Positions 48,123 through 57,594 of a DNA stretch of 64,000 nt are shown here, piece after piece. Positions within the stretch are counted from its first letter, which is position 1. Each line of letters starts with the position of its first letter. Source of the DNA: an uncultured Candidatus Rokubacteria bacterium (lineage in GTDB: Bacteria; Methylomirabilota; Methylomirabilia; Rokubacteriales; CSP1-6); contig CAVWFS010000018.1 in NCBI GenBank assembly GCA_963754315.1, positions 32,001-96,000 of the forward strand. The letters run 5' to 3'. The notes beneath the pieces were generated by a model. That model had not been told where the DNA came from and did no database searches. It was given only the letters and a program-made list of their open reading frames with translations. A program made the translations under genes and the position numbers.

Positions 48123-49517
48123 TTACCCCATCGTGCGAACGTTCGATCCGACGGCGACGTCCATCTCCGTGAGGGCGAGCACCTCATGGGCAGTGAACCC
48201 CGGCGCCACTTCATCGAGGACGAAGCGGGTGCGGTCCCAGCGCAGCAGGGCGAGGTCGGTCACCACGTAGCTGACGCAGGCCTTGCCCGTCAGGGGATAC
48301 GTGCATGCCCGCCGCAGCTTCGGGCGACCCTTGCTGTCCACGTGCTCCATCACGATGATCAGGTCGCCCCTGCCCGACAGCAGGTCCATCGCGCCGCCGA
48401 TCCCACCGCGCTTCGCGTCCGCCGTGCTCCAGTTCGCGACGCTGCCGTGCTGATCGACCTCGTAGGCCCCGAGGATGACCGTATCGATCCGGCCTCCGCG
48501 CGCCATCTCGAAGGAGGTGACGCTGTCGAAGAACGACGCGCCGGGGTGCAGGGCCACGAACTGACCGGCCGCGTTGTAGATGTCCGGATCGATGTCGCTC
48601 TCTTCGGACACCATCCGGCCGTAGCCGAGAACGCCGTTCTCGGCGTGGAGTATCACGTCGCGATCCTCGAGATAGTTCGAGACCATGGTGGGGATGCCGA
48701 CCCCGAGATTGACGTAGGTGCCCTCCTTGACGAGCTTGGCCGCGTTCCTCGCGATCCCCTCGCGTGTCAGTGCCGGCTTGCCGTTGTAGAGGCGCGGCTG
48801 ATCCGGAGGCCGTCGCACCGGCCGGCGCCATGCCTTGCCGTCGACGACGTGCGTCGTCTTGACGACGCGCGACACGAAGATTCCGGGTAGGTCGATCAAT
48901 TCTGGAGCGATCTCCCCGGGCTCCACGATCTCGTCCACCTCCACGATGGCGACGCGCGCCGCCTTCGCGAAGCTGGGGTTGAAGTTCTGGCTGCCTCCGC
49001 GGAACTGGACGTTACCGAGACGGTCCGCACGATAGCCCCTCAGCAAGGCGTAGTCCACGCGTATCGCATGCTCGAGGACGTGCGGTTTGCCATCGAAGTC
49101 GCGGATTTCGCGGCCGAGCGCAAGGTCCGTCTCCACGCCTGTCGGTGAGTAGAACGCCGGGATCCCGGCGCCGCCCGCGCGGCATCGTTCGACCAGGATC
49201 CCCTGGGGGACCAGCTCCACCTCCATCCTGCCGGCAGCGATCTGCTCCTCGCTCGCCGTCGGCGTGCCCGGCCGCACAGAGAATGCGGCGATCAGCTTTT
49301 TCACCTGGTTGTTCTCTGCGAGAATCTGGCCGCGGGTCGCCCCCGCGTCACCGAGGGAGTTGCAGACGAGCGTGAGGTCCTTCGTGCGCTGATCCCGGAG
49401 AGCGCAGATCAGACTCGTGGCGAAACGGTGGGCGACACCGAAGCCAGCGATGGCGATCGTCGCGCCGTCGGGGATGTCCGCGACTGCCTGCTCGGGAGAT
49501 TCCACAATCTTGTTCAT
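48123..49517 (-). CDS. Fused 3-oxoacid CoA-transferase (A+B subunits)
   Basis: ELVPQGILVER...GGAGIPAFY; VNLGVGIP, HAENG, GIGGAMDL. Confidence 0.92.
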   Translation of the reverse strand: MNKIVESPEQAVADIPDGATIAIAGFGVAHRFATSLICALRDQRTKDLTLVCNSLGDAGATRGQILAENNQVKKLIAAFSVRPGTPTASEEQIAAGRMEVELVPQGILVERCRAGGAGIPAFYSPTGVETDLALGREIRDFDGKPHVLEHAIRVDYALLRGYRADRLGNVQFRGGSQNFNPSFAKAARVAIVEVDEIVEPGEIAPELIDLPGIFVSRVVKTTHVVDGKAWRRPVRRPPDQPRLYNGKPALTREGIARNAAKLVKEGTYVNLGVGIPTMVSNYLEDRDVILHAENGVLGYGRMVSEESDIDPDIYNAAGQFVALHPGASFFDSVTSFEMARGGRIDTVILGAYEVDQHGSVANWSTADAKRGGIGGAMDLLSGRGDLIIVMEHVDSKGRPKLRRACTYPLTGKACVSYVVTDLALLRWDRTRFVLDEVAPGFTAHEVLALTEMDVAVGSNVRTMG

Positions 49518-49657
49518 GAGAGTCCTCACCAGGCTCGGGATAGGGTAGCCGGTATTGTAATGTGCGGCGTGGCTGGCGGCGTGACGGCATTGCGCTCGCC
49601 GCCTGAGAGGGCCGGGGAGAGCATCGAGGGATGAAGGTGGCGCGAAAGGAGCGAGCC

Positions 49658-50061
49658 ATGAGCATCAAAGGCATCGATCACTGGGTCATCGTCGCAGGTG
49701 ATCTTCAGCGCACGCTGGACTTCTACAAGGGGCTCGGCTGCACGATCGCCTGGGAAAAGCGTCCAGGCCGTCCGGACATGGCGACGATCCGCATCAACGA
49801 CGCGCAGAAGATCAACGTTCATGGACCGGAGGCGCCAGCCCGCCCCGGCTACCTCGGCGCGCGGCGGCCAACGGCAGGGGGCGCCGACTTCTGTCTCGAA
49901 TGGGACGGGACCGTCGAAGGGATCCTGGCTGCGCTGAAGAAGAACGGCGTGGTGCCAGAGGCCGGACCCGGACCGCGCACGTGCGCGCGCGGTGTGTCAA
50001 CGAGCGTGTACTTCCGCGACCCGGATGACAACTCGTCGAGCTCACTGTCTACGACCGGTGA
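49658..50061 (+). CDS. VOC/glyoxalase family protein, -1 frameshift near 50032
   Basis: IDHWVI, QKINVH, ADFC, SVYFRDPDDN; adding one C gives LVELTVYDR*. Confidence 0.85.
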
Positions 50062-50135
50062 GCACCAGTGGGGCGCATCGGGGCTTAGTATGGTGCGGGG
50101 AGAGCAAGGTCAAGCAGGGGGAGGCGCCGACGCAC

Positions 50136-50543
50136 ATGGTTACCCGACGCAACATCCAGCCCGAAGGACTTTCGCAGCGTGTGGTAGCCGGCCAGCAGCT
50201 GTATTCCCACGTGGTGACGGTGGAAGGACGCCGACTCATCTTTGTGGCCGGCCAGCTGGCCCGCGATCGCGACGGCAACCTCGTCGGCAAAGGGGATATG
50301 CGGGCGCAGCTTCGTCAGGTGGGGGAGAACATCAAAACGGCCCTGGCCGCCGCCGGGGCGGGTCTGGCCGATCTGGTGAAGACGACCACGTTCGTGACGG
50401 ACATCGACGAGTACTTGCGGCACGTCGACGTACGCATGGAGTACTTCGGGGCCGCCCTGCCCACCAGCACCACGGTGGAGGTGCGGCGCTTATCCCATCC
50501 GGACTTTCTGGTCGAAATCGAGGCCATGGCCGTTACCGATTGA
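50136..50543 (+). CDS. RidA/YjgF family protein
   Basis: YSH, IFVAGQ, PTST.VEV..L, LVEIEA. Confidence 0.92.
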   Translation: MVTRRNIQPEGLSQRVVAGQQLYSHVVTVEGRRLIFVAGQLARDRDGNLVGKGDMRAQLRQVGENIKTALAAAGAGLADLVKTTTFVTDIDEYLRHVDVRMEYFGAALPTSTTVEVRRLSHPDFLVEIEAMAVTD

Positions 50544-50572
50544 GGAGGCGAGGCTGGTCAGGAGGACGTGAC

Positions 50573-51376
50573 ATGCGGTTCGATGGCAAGGTGGCGCTCG
50601 TGTCGGGGGCGGGGTCGGGGATCGGGCGGGCCACGGCGCTCGGATTCGCCGAGCACGGTGCGAAGGTCGGCGTTGCCGATATCGACAAGGCCAAGGCAGA
50701 CGCCGTGGCCGACGAGATCGGCAAGGCGGGCGGCGTGGCGCTGGCGATTGCGGCGGACGCCGGCGCGCCAGACGGCATCGAGGCAATGATCGCAGGGACT
50801 GTGAAGGCGTTCGGTGGCCTCGACATCCTCCACAACAATGCCTTCGGCCAGCCGGCGCTGCCAGGCGGACAGCGCCGCCTGGCGTTTCTTGGTGACCTTG
50901 ACGAGCGGGTGTGGACCCACACGATCGAGCTGGGGCTCACCGGCGTGTTCAGGGCGATGAAGCGGGCGATTCCCGAGCTACTGGCTCGGCGCGGCGGCGC
51001 CATCGTGAACACCGCGTCGATCTCGGGACTCTTCGCCGACTTCGCCATCGGCGCCTACAACACGGCGAAGGCTGGCGTCGTCAACCTCAGCCGGGTGGCC
51101 GCCATCGAGTATGCGTCGCGCGGTATCCGCGTGAACTGTGTGTGCCCGGGGGCCATCGACACACCCCTCCTCGCGCCATCACTGTCCATCCCCGGCTTCG
51201 CGGAGGAGACCACGCGCATGATCCCGATGCGGCGGCTGGGTCGGCCGGAGGAAATTGCCGCCGTCGTGATGTTTCTGGCCTCGGACCTGGCGTCCTACGT
51301 CACCGGCGCCGCGTTCGTTGCGGACGGGGGGCTGACGGTGCAGACCGGGCTACCGACGCGGATTCCATTGCCATGA
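50573..51376 (+). CDS. SDR oxidoreductase
   Basis: SGAGSGIG, YNTAK; AGGAGG RBS. Confidence 0.92.
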   Translation: MRFDGKVALVSGAGSGIGRATALGFAEHGAKVGVADIDKAKADAVADEIGKAGGVALAIAADAGAPDGIEAMIAGTVKAFGGLDILHNNAFGQPALPGGQRRLAFLGDLDERVWTHTIELGLTGVFRAMKRAIPELLARRGGAIVNTASISGLFADFAIGAYNTAKAGVVNLSRVAAIEYASRGIRVNCVCPGAIDTPLLAPSLSIPGFAEETTRMIPMRRLGRPEEIAAVVMFLASDLASYVTGAAFVADGGLTVQTGLPTRIPLP

Positions 51377-51493
51377 CGACGATGGCCGCGCGGTTCCGTG
51401 ACCAGGTCATCACCTTCATGCTCGCGTTCTGGATGTCGACGTTCGCCACTCGCTGATCGTCACCGGGTGGAGAGGAGGCAGAGCTGGCTCGCC

Positions 51494-51522
51494 TTGCGCG
51501 CGACGGCCCGCGTGCCCATAAT
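51494..51522 (+). promoter_or_regulatory. Putative sigma70 promoter
   Basis: TTGCGC-N17-CATAAT. Confidence 0.55.
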
Positions 51523-51581
51523 GCGCCGTCGGACCTGCCGGACGGCGTGAGGGGCTCCCGTCGCGGCCGAGGAGAGATCGA

Positions 51582-52346
51582 ATGGGTCGCGTCCAAGATC
51601 AGGTGGCGGTGGTGACGGGCGCGGCCAACGGACTCGGGCGTGCGATCGCGTTGCGCCTGGCGGAGGAGGGTGCGCGCCTGGTCCTCGGCGACATCGAGCG
51701 CGACGCTCTCGAGGGCACGGTCTCGTACATCATCGAGCGCGGCGGACAGGCGTGTGGCCTCGTGGGCGACGTCACCGATGAGGCTCCCGCCGCCCGGCTC
51801 GTCAACGATGCGGTGGAACGTTACGGCCGCCTCGACATCCTCATCAACAACGTTGGGGGTAGCCGCTCCGCCCGGATCTGGGAGATGACGGCCGAGCAGT
51901 GGGACTTCGTCATTCGCCTCAACCTCCGGAGCGCCTTCCTCTGCACCCGGGCGGCAGCCCAACACATGATGAAGCAGCGCTCCGGTCGCATCGTGTGCCT
52001 CTCGTCAGGCGCGCGTGAGGGCACGCCGTGGACCGCGTACTACCAGGGCGGCGCTAACTACTCGGCGGCCAAGGCGGGCATCCACGGGTTCATCCGGGAC
52101 GTGGCCCTCGAGCTGGCCGAGTACAACATCATGGTCAACGCCGTGGCTCCGGGGCCGATCGACACCGAGCGCGCCGGTGCGAGCCTGCGCCAGCTGAACG
52201 AGACGGTTGAGTACAGCCCGAACCACATGACACCGTTGCGCCGGCTGGGACTGCCCGGCGAGATCGCCAATGCCGTGCTGTTCCTCGCCTCCGAGGAGGC
52301 GAGCTACATCACCGGCGTCACCCTGCAGGCGACCGGAGGCCGGTAA
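51582..52346 (+). CDS. SDR oxidoreductase
   Basis: TGAANGLG, NNVG, YSAAK. Confidence 0.92.
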   Translation: MGRVQDQVAVVTGAANGLGRAIALRLAEEGARLVLGDIERDALEGTVSYIIERGGQACGLVGDVTDEAPAARLVNDAVERYGRLDILINNVGGSRSARIWEMTAEQWDFVIRLNLRSAFLCTRAAAQHMMKQRSGRIVCLSSGAREGTPWTAYYQGGANYSAAKAGIHGFIRDVALELAEYNIMVNAVAPGPIDTERAGASLRQLNETVEYSPNHMTPLRRLGLPGEIANAVLFLASEEASYITGVTLQATGGR

Positions 52347-52428
52347 CCCCACGAGCACCGGGTTAGGAGACGCATGACATGACGAAGACAGAGCGGGCGA
52401 GCGGCGGGCAGTCCACGAGAGCAGCGCG

Positions 52429-53673
52429 GTGCTGCGCGTCCTGATCGGCGCGACGCTGATCGACGGCACTGGCGCGGCCCCGGTGCCGGATGCAGCGGTG
52501 CTGATCGACGGCGAGCGCATCTCGGCCGCCGGCCCCCGGACGGCCGTCAGATGGCCCGCGGACGCCGAGGTCATCGACGTCCGCGGCCGTACCGTCCTCC
52601 CTGGGCTTATCGACGCCCACGATCACCTGGCCTCGCATGGCTACGGCCTTGCCACGCGCCTGGGGCTGGACGAGCCGGCGAGCACTGCTCACCTGCGCAC
52701 GGCGCGCGTGCTCGCGGAGACGGTGGCCATGGGCTATACCACTGTCCGCGACGGCGGTGGGCTCGACCTCGGCTTCAAGATTGCGATCGAGCAGGGCCTC
52801 ATCCAGGGGCCGCGCCTCGTGCTCGGCGTGCAGATCGTCTCGCCCACAGGTGGCATCGGCGATCGTGTCAGTCCATCCGGCCATGCCTGCTGTGCCGCCT
52901 ATGACCCGCTCCTGCCCAACAGCGTCGGCAACGGACCCGACGGGGTCCGCGACGTGGTGCGCACGATGGTGCGCGCGGGGGCCGACGTCATCAAGACCGC
53001 GACCACGGGCGGCGCCAGCTCGCGTGCCGGCCATGGGCCGCTCGACGCCGCCTTCACCCTGGCCGAGATGAAAGCCCTTGTGGCAGAGTCGCGCGCACTC
53101 GGGCGGCGGGTGATGTGCCACGCGCTCGGCGGGCCCGGGCTGAGAACGGCCATCGAGGCGGGGGTGAATTCAATCGAGCACGGGTGTTACCTCGATGAGG
53201 ACTCGGAGCTTCTGATCCGGATGGCGGCGCAGGGGACGTTCTTCGTGCCCACCCTCCTCGTGTACGAGTACCATCGTGAGAGCCCCGCGCCCCACGTCCG
53301 TCAGCGCGCCGTGGATCTGCACAAGCATCATCTGGCCAGCATTCGCCGTGCGCTCGAGCTGGGGGTGCCGATCGCCGCCGGCACCGACGCGGGCGGCCAC
53401 GGCCACCCGCGGAACGCACGCGAGCTCTCGTGTCTGGTGGAGGCGGGCCTCACGCCGATGCAAGCTCTCCGAGCGGGCACGCAGTGGGCAGCCCAGTGCC
53501 TTGCCCTCGAGCGTGAGGTCGGCACGCTCGAGAAGGGCCGCCTGGCCGACGCGGTCGTCGTCAATGGCAACCCGCTCGACGATATCACCATGCTCGCCGA
53601 TCCAGCGCGGATTGAGCTGGTGCTCAAAGGCGGCGCCATCTGCGCCGACCGCCGCCCAGCCACATTCCGCTAG
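52429..53673 (+). CDS. Amidohydrolase (Xaa-Pro dipeptidase-like)
   Basis: PGLIDAHDH, GADVIK, MCHA, SIEHG, AGTD. Confidence 0.9.
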   Translation: MLRVLIGATLIDGTGAAPVPDAAVLIDGERISAAGPRTAVRWPADAEVIDVRGRTVLPGLIDAHDHLASHGYGLATRLGLDEPASTAHLRTARVLAETVAMGYTTVRDGGGLDLGFKIAIEQGLIQGPRLVLGVQIVSPTGGIGDRVSPSGHACCAAYDPLLPNSVGNGPDGVRDVVRTMVRAGADVIKTATTGGASSRAGHGPLDAAFTLAEMKALVAESRALGRRVMCHALGGPGLRTAIEAGVNSIEHGCYLDEDSELLIRMAAQGTFFVPTLLVYEYHRESPAPHVRQRAVDLHKHHLASIRRALELGVPIAAGTDAGGHGHPRNARELSCLVEAGLTPMQALRAGTQWAAQCLALEREVGTLEKGRLADAVVVNGNPLDDITMLADPARIELVLKGGAICADRRPATFR

Positions 53674-53793
53674 CCCGGCTGTCTTTCGCCGAGACCTCAT
53701 CCGATCGGCATCGTGCCGACTCGACCTCACTGCCGAGGAACGTTCCGCATGCACGAGCTTGGCTCGGGGCTGGGCCCCGGCGGGGCCCCAAGT

Positions 53794-53859
53794 TCAGGCC
53801 TCCGAATGGCGTTCCGTCACTGAGGCGCGGAGGCGCTCATCGACAGTCAGCAGCTCCAG
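53794..53859 (-). pseudogene. C-terminal remnant of probable PIN/VapC toxin
   Basis: LELLTVDERLRASV...* in an alternate frame overlapping the antitoxin end. Confidence 0.5.
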
Positions 53860-54077
53860 TCGCCTTTTGACAGGCTCGGGCGGGTGAGTTCCCCTGCCTC
53901 CGCCAGGGCCTGGAGCCGGTCGTCGATAGAAAGCCCAGCCGGTCCGTGTCGGTGCGCGGCACGAAGCTCAGCCACGACCTCGTCGCGGTCTGTGATCAGC
54001 ACGGTTTCCCCGGTTCGGACCAGGCGGATGTATTCGGAAAGACGCGCCTTGAGTTGCTTGACGCCGACTGACTTCAT
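53847..54077 (-). CDS. Phd/YefM family antitoxin, C-terminally truncated
   Basis: MKSVGVKQLKARLSEYIRLVRTGETVLITDRDEVVAEL. Confidence 0.88.
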   Translation of the reverse strand: MKSVGVKQLKARLSEYIRLVRTGETVLITDRDEVVAELRAAHRHGPAGLSIDDRLQALAEAGELTRPSLSKGDWSC

Positions 54078-54164
54078 ACCGCCATGGTAGTCACCGGTGG
54101 CGTCCGCCTCGGCGCCGATCGGCCACCTGTGTCTCGGTGACGCACATCGCGCGGATCCCGCCAC

Positions 54165-54929
54165 TTAGTGCATCTGCGCCCCGCCGTCGACGACCAGGGT
54201 CTGACCGGTGATGAAGTCGCTCTCGGCCGAGCAGAGGAACAGCGCGGCGCCCACCACGTCCTGCGGGACCTCCGTGCGCTTGATGGCGCGGGCGGCCAGA
54301 CGCTGCTGGTTCTGCGCGTCGCGCGCGGGGTCGACCTCGTCCGTGCTGATGATCAGTCCGGGCGCGATGGCGTTGACGTTGATGTTGTGCGCACCGAGCT
54401 CACGGGCCAGTGACCGGGTGAGGCCAATGACCCCGGCCTTGGACGTCACGTAGTGCGCGGCGTTGGGCGCGCCGTAGAAGACGGTCCCCGAGCTGATATT
54501 GACGATCTTGCCAGACTGCTGGCGCTTCATAGCCGGCACCACGGCGCGACAGCAGAGGAAGATACCGCGCAGGTTCACGGCCATGAGCCGGTCCCATTCC
54601 TCCACGGGAATCTGCTCGAAGGGCACCCGTGACATGGCCGGCCGCTGGAACAGCGCCGCGTTGTTGATCAGGCCGTCGATGCGGCCGAAGCGGTCGAGGG
54701 TCGCCCGCGCCATCTGCTCGGTGTCGGCTGGCTCGGCCACGTCGGTGCGGATGGCCAGGGCGTCGTGCCCCTCCTTGCTCAGGGCGCGCGCCAGTTCGTC
54801 GCCGCCGCCGTCGTCGAGATCGGCGACCACGACCCTTGCTCCCTCCCTCGCGAGTCCCTGACAGTACGCTCGTCCGATCCCGTGCGCGCCGCCGGTGACG
54901 ATGATCACCCGATCCTGGAGCCTGCCCAT
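54165..54929 (-). CDS. SDR oxidoreductase
   Basis: TGGAHGIG, NNAA, HYVTSK. Confidence 0.92.
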   Translation of the reverse strand: MGRLQDRVIIVTGGAHGIGRAYCQGLAREGARVVVADLDDGGGDELARALSKEGHDALAIRTDVAEPADTEQMARATLDRFGRIDGLINNAALFQRPAMSRVPFEQIPVEEWDRLMAVNLRGIFLCCRAVVPAMKRQQSGKIVNISSGTVFYGAPNAAHYVTSKAGVIGLTRSLARELGAHNINVNAIAPGLIISTDEVDPARDAQNQQRLAARAIKRTEVPQDVVGAALFLCSAESDFITGQTLVVDGGAQMH

Positions 54930-54984
54930 GGTTGTCTCCTGCGCTTGCCCGAGACGGGCTGACCGGACTCGCTCGTACGCGGTC

Positions 54985-57507
54985 CTATCCGAGTGCGTCG
55001 AGGAGCGAGCGTTGGCGGGCTAGGCGCTGCGGACGCTCCCGAGCAAAGCGCTGCACGCCCGCCAAGATCGAGTCCGCGTCCAGATGAGCCTCGGCGATCA
55101 CGTCCGCTTCCGTGCCGCCAGTGAGCCACTGGTTTTCCTGGTCGGCGGTGAGCGAATAGTCGTCGGCCAGGGAGCCCACGTTGCACAGCGGCCACATGCG
55201 CCGAGTGCCGCTGCTGACGAACATGAGGTCCTGGCGCGCCTCGGCCGGCAGCACGGCGCGGCGATAAGCGTCTGGCTGGCGGTCGAACAGTTCCTCGCTG
55301 ATGGCCGCGATCACCTTCACGTTGACGCCGGCCGCTGCCAGCTTCGGCAGCACAGACACCAGATTGAATGTCGAGCTCGATCCCTGCGCCACCACGTAGC
55401 CGTGCCGGGGCTGGCCGGGGGCGAAGTCGCGAATGACGTACAGGCCCTTGGCGGCCGCCCTCAGGTCGGGGTCCGCGAACGTACTCCGATCGGCCACACG
55501 AAAGTCGGGGCGGGCCACCTCGATGATGATGATGCCCACCTTCTTCTCCCTGGCGGCGATCTCCGCCGCTGCGAAGTAGCCGGGCGCCACGTCGTTGTAG
55601 TCCCAGAAGCTCAGGTTGATGACCTGGTCGCGCGGGAAGAGCTTCCACACCTGGGGCGCGAAGATGCCGAAATGCGTGCGCGCGTCGGCAGCGGTCTCGG
55701 GGCCCGAATGCCCCGCCAGGATGTGCAGGACACCCGTGCGGAACTTGCTGTCCTGGTTCTGCTGACTCCACACGCGCGCGGGCAGGTACATGAGCGGGGT
55801 GAAGGCGCCGTAGGTGCCACTGATCGCCCATACTCCGGCAAACTTCTCAGGGTCCACCGACGCGTTCTGGCCGACGAGGCCGATGGCGCTGGACACGTTA
55901 CCCGCCTCCTGGATGGCGGCCTTGAGACGCGTCCCCAGCGGGTTGGTCTCGGGATTGTAATGTCCCCAGATGCTACCGTGCTCCAGGTTAACGGATTCCG
56001 ACAGATCGGCGGCCAGGGTCAGCACGCGGTTGTCTGTGGCGTAGTTCAGCCACTTTACGATCTCCGAGATCGCCCGGCGGGCCCCGGCGACCTCGCCCGC
56101 CTTGCGAAACAGAGCGATCTTGAGCGACTTCTCCCCGCCGGACAGGGGGTTCTTCACGGTGAGGGTCTGCGTCTCTTCGGGGAGATTGGCGACGCGCAGA
56201 CGCTCATCGAGGAAGGGATCGCGCTTCGGGTCGATGCGGAGCGGAATGTGGTCCTTGACCGAATCGCCGAGCGCGACCAAGCGGTCGGCCAGCCAGTCTC
56301 CCAGGCCATTGCGCTCTAGCACCGACATGGCCACGTCGATGTTGGTCTTGAACTGGATGAGGCGCTCGCGCGGGTCGGTCACCGGCCCCTGGTCGAGGCC
56401 CGAGAACTTCAGGCCGTAGCGGTCCTCGAAGGTGCGCGCCAGGGACACGAAGTATTCCGAGTTCATTTTCATCCCATACGGATGGCTCGGATACCCCACC
56501 ACCTGATCACCGGCACCGGGGATCTTGCCGTTCACGGCGGCGGGCCAGTACCCCTTGGTGGTCGTGCCGATCACGACCATCGGACGGCGATCCGCCGGGT
56601 CCCATTCCTCCATGGTTCGGAGAACGTCAACGATCTGGTCGTAGTCGTGACCATCGGGCAGCGAGAACACATTCCACCCGTAGGAGGTCCACTGGTCGAT
56701 CAGGCGGTAGCCGGCGAACGCTTTGGACACGACGCCGCCGATCAGCGAGTCGTCGATGCCGGCATTGTTGTCGGACAGGAAGATGCGAAGCCGCTTGCCT
56801 ACCTGCAACGCGATCGCCTGCGTCTTGAGCTCCTGGGCGTGGCCCTCGGTCATGGCGAACTCGCCCTCGAAGGCGATGATCTTGGGCGTCCCCATGGGGG
56901 CGCCCACGATATCCCAGAACGCGGCCTTGCCGGCCGCCGACGCGATGCCTACGCCTGACGGACCACCGTTGACGTCGTTGGTGACGTCGGTGGACTCGAT
57001 GTGCCCGGGGAGGGCCCGGATACCACGCCCCTTGGCTTGAGCGAACAGCGGATGATCCACCAGCCCCTGATCCGCGAGGAGCGATTTCAGCGCTCCCGCG
57101 CCCCGGCGGAAGCCCAGCGCGTCGACGGGCAGCATGGCGACGTCCGGCGCGACGTAGTAGCGGCGGTCGCCCGTAGCCTCGGACTTCCGGTACAGCGCCT
57201 GGCCCATGATCATCCAGAGCGCGTAGCAGGTGGGGGCGCAGTGTCCCCCAGCCAGCATGAACTTGTCGCCATATGGATGCTTGGGACGCCGATAGTCGTA
57301 GCGGAGCCCGCCTCGCTCGGGCCCGACCAGGTGCGCGGCGACGTTGAAGGGTGTGTAGGCAAGCGGGCCGCCGAAGTGCCCGGTCTGGGCGTAGTTGCCG
57401 AGCAAGGTGAGAGTCATGCAAGTCATGAAGCCGACGTCTTCCAGGCGTTGCCGGTCAGGCAAAGGCTGTGATGCCGTGCGCGACAGCGGCGAAGTCTGAA
57501 CGCTCAT
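54985..57507 (-). CDS. Divergent transketolase-like ThDP enzyme
   Basis: TGHFGG, LAGGH, PGHIE, GWNV..DGHD, TTKG, ADLSES, IQE, HSG...DARTH. Confidence 0.8.
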   Translation of the reverse strand: MSVQTSPLSRTASQPLPDRQRLEDVGFMTCMTLTLLGNYAQTGHFGGPLAYTPFNVAAHLVGPERGGLRYDYRRPKHPYGDKFMLAGGHCAPTCYALWMIMGQALYRKSEATGDRRYYVAPDVAMLPVDALGFRRGAGALKSLLADQGLVDHPLFAQAKGRGIRALPGHIESTDVTNDVNGGPSGVGIASAAGKAAFWDIVGAPMGTPKIIAFEGEFAMTEGHAQELKTQAIALQVGKRLRIFLSDNNAGIDDSLIGGVVSKAFAGYRLIDQWTSYGWNVFSLPDGHDYDQIVDVLRTMEEWDPADRRPMVVIGTTTKGYWPAAVNGKIPGAGDQVVGYPSHPYGMKMNSEYFVSLARTFEDRYGLKFSGLDQGPVTDPRERLIQFKTNIDVAMSVLERNGLGDWLADRLVALGDSVKDHIPLRIDPKRDPFLDERLRVANLPEETQTLTVKNPLSGGEKSLKIALFRKAGEVAGARRAISEIVKWLNYATDNRVLTLAADLSESVNLEHGSIWGHYNPETNPLGTRLKAAIQEAGNVSSAIGLVGQNASVDPEKFAGVWAISGTYGAFTPLMYLPARVWSQQNQDSKFRTGVLHILAGHSGPETAADARTHFGIFAPQVWKLFPRDQVINLSFWDYNDVAPGYFAAAEIAAREKKVGIIIIEVARPDFRVADRSTFADPDLRAAAKGLYVIRDFAPGQPRHGYVVAQGSSSTFNLVSVLPKLAAAGVNVKVIAAISEELFDRQPDAYRRAVLPAEARQDLMFVSSGTRRMWPLCNVGSLADDYSLTADQENQWLTGGTEADVIAEAHLDADSILAGVQRFARERPQRLARQRSLLDALG

Positions 57508-57594
57508 CCTGAAATCTCCCCCTTCATGGACTCGTACTCTCGGCAAGCAGTCTGGGGGGCATTCTACGGTTGACCGGGCAAGAGGGAAAGCGGC

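Noticed and set aside
49631..51376. 581-aa VOC-SDR fusion ORF
   Set aside because: Frameshift artefact that reads out of frame through the RidA gene; the SDR has its own RBS and ATG
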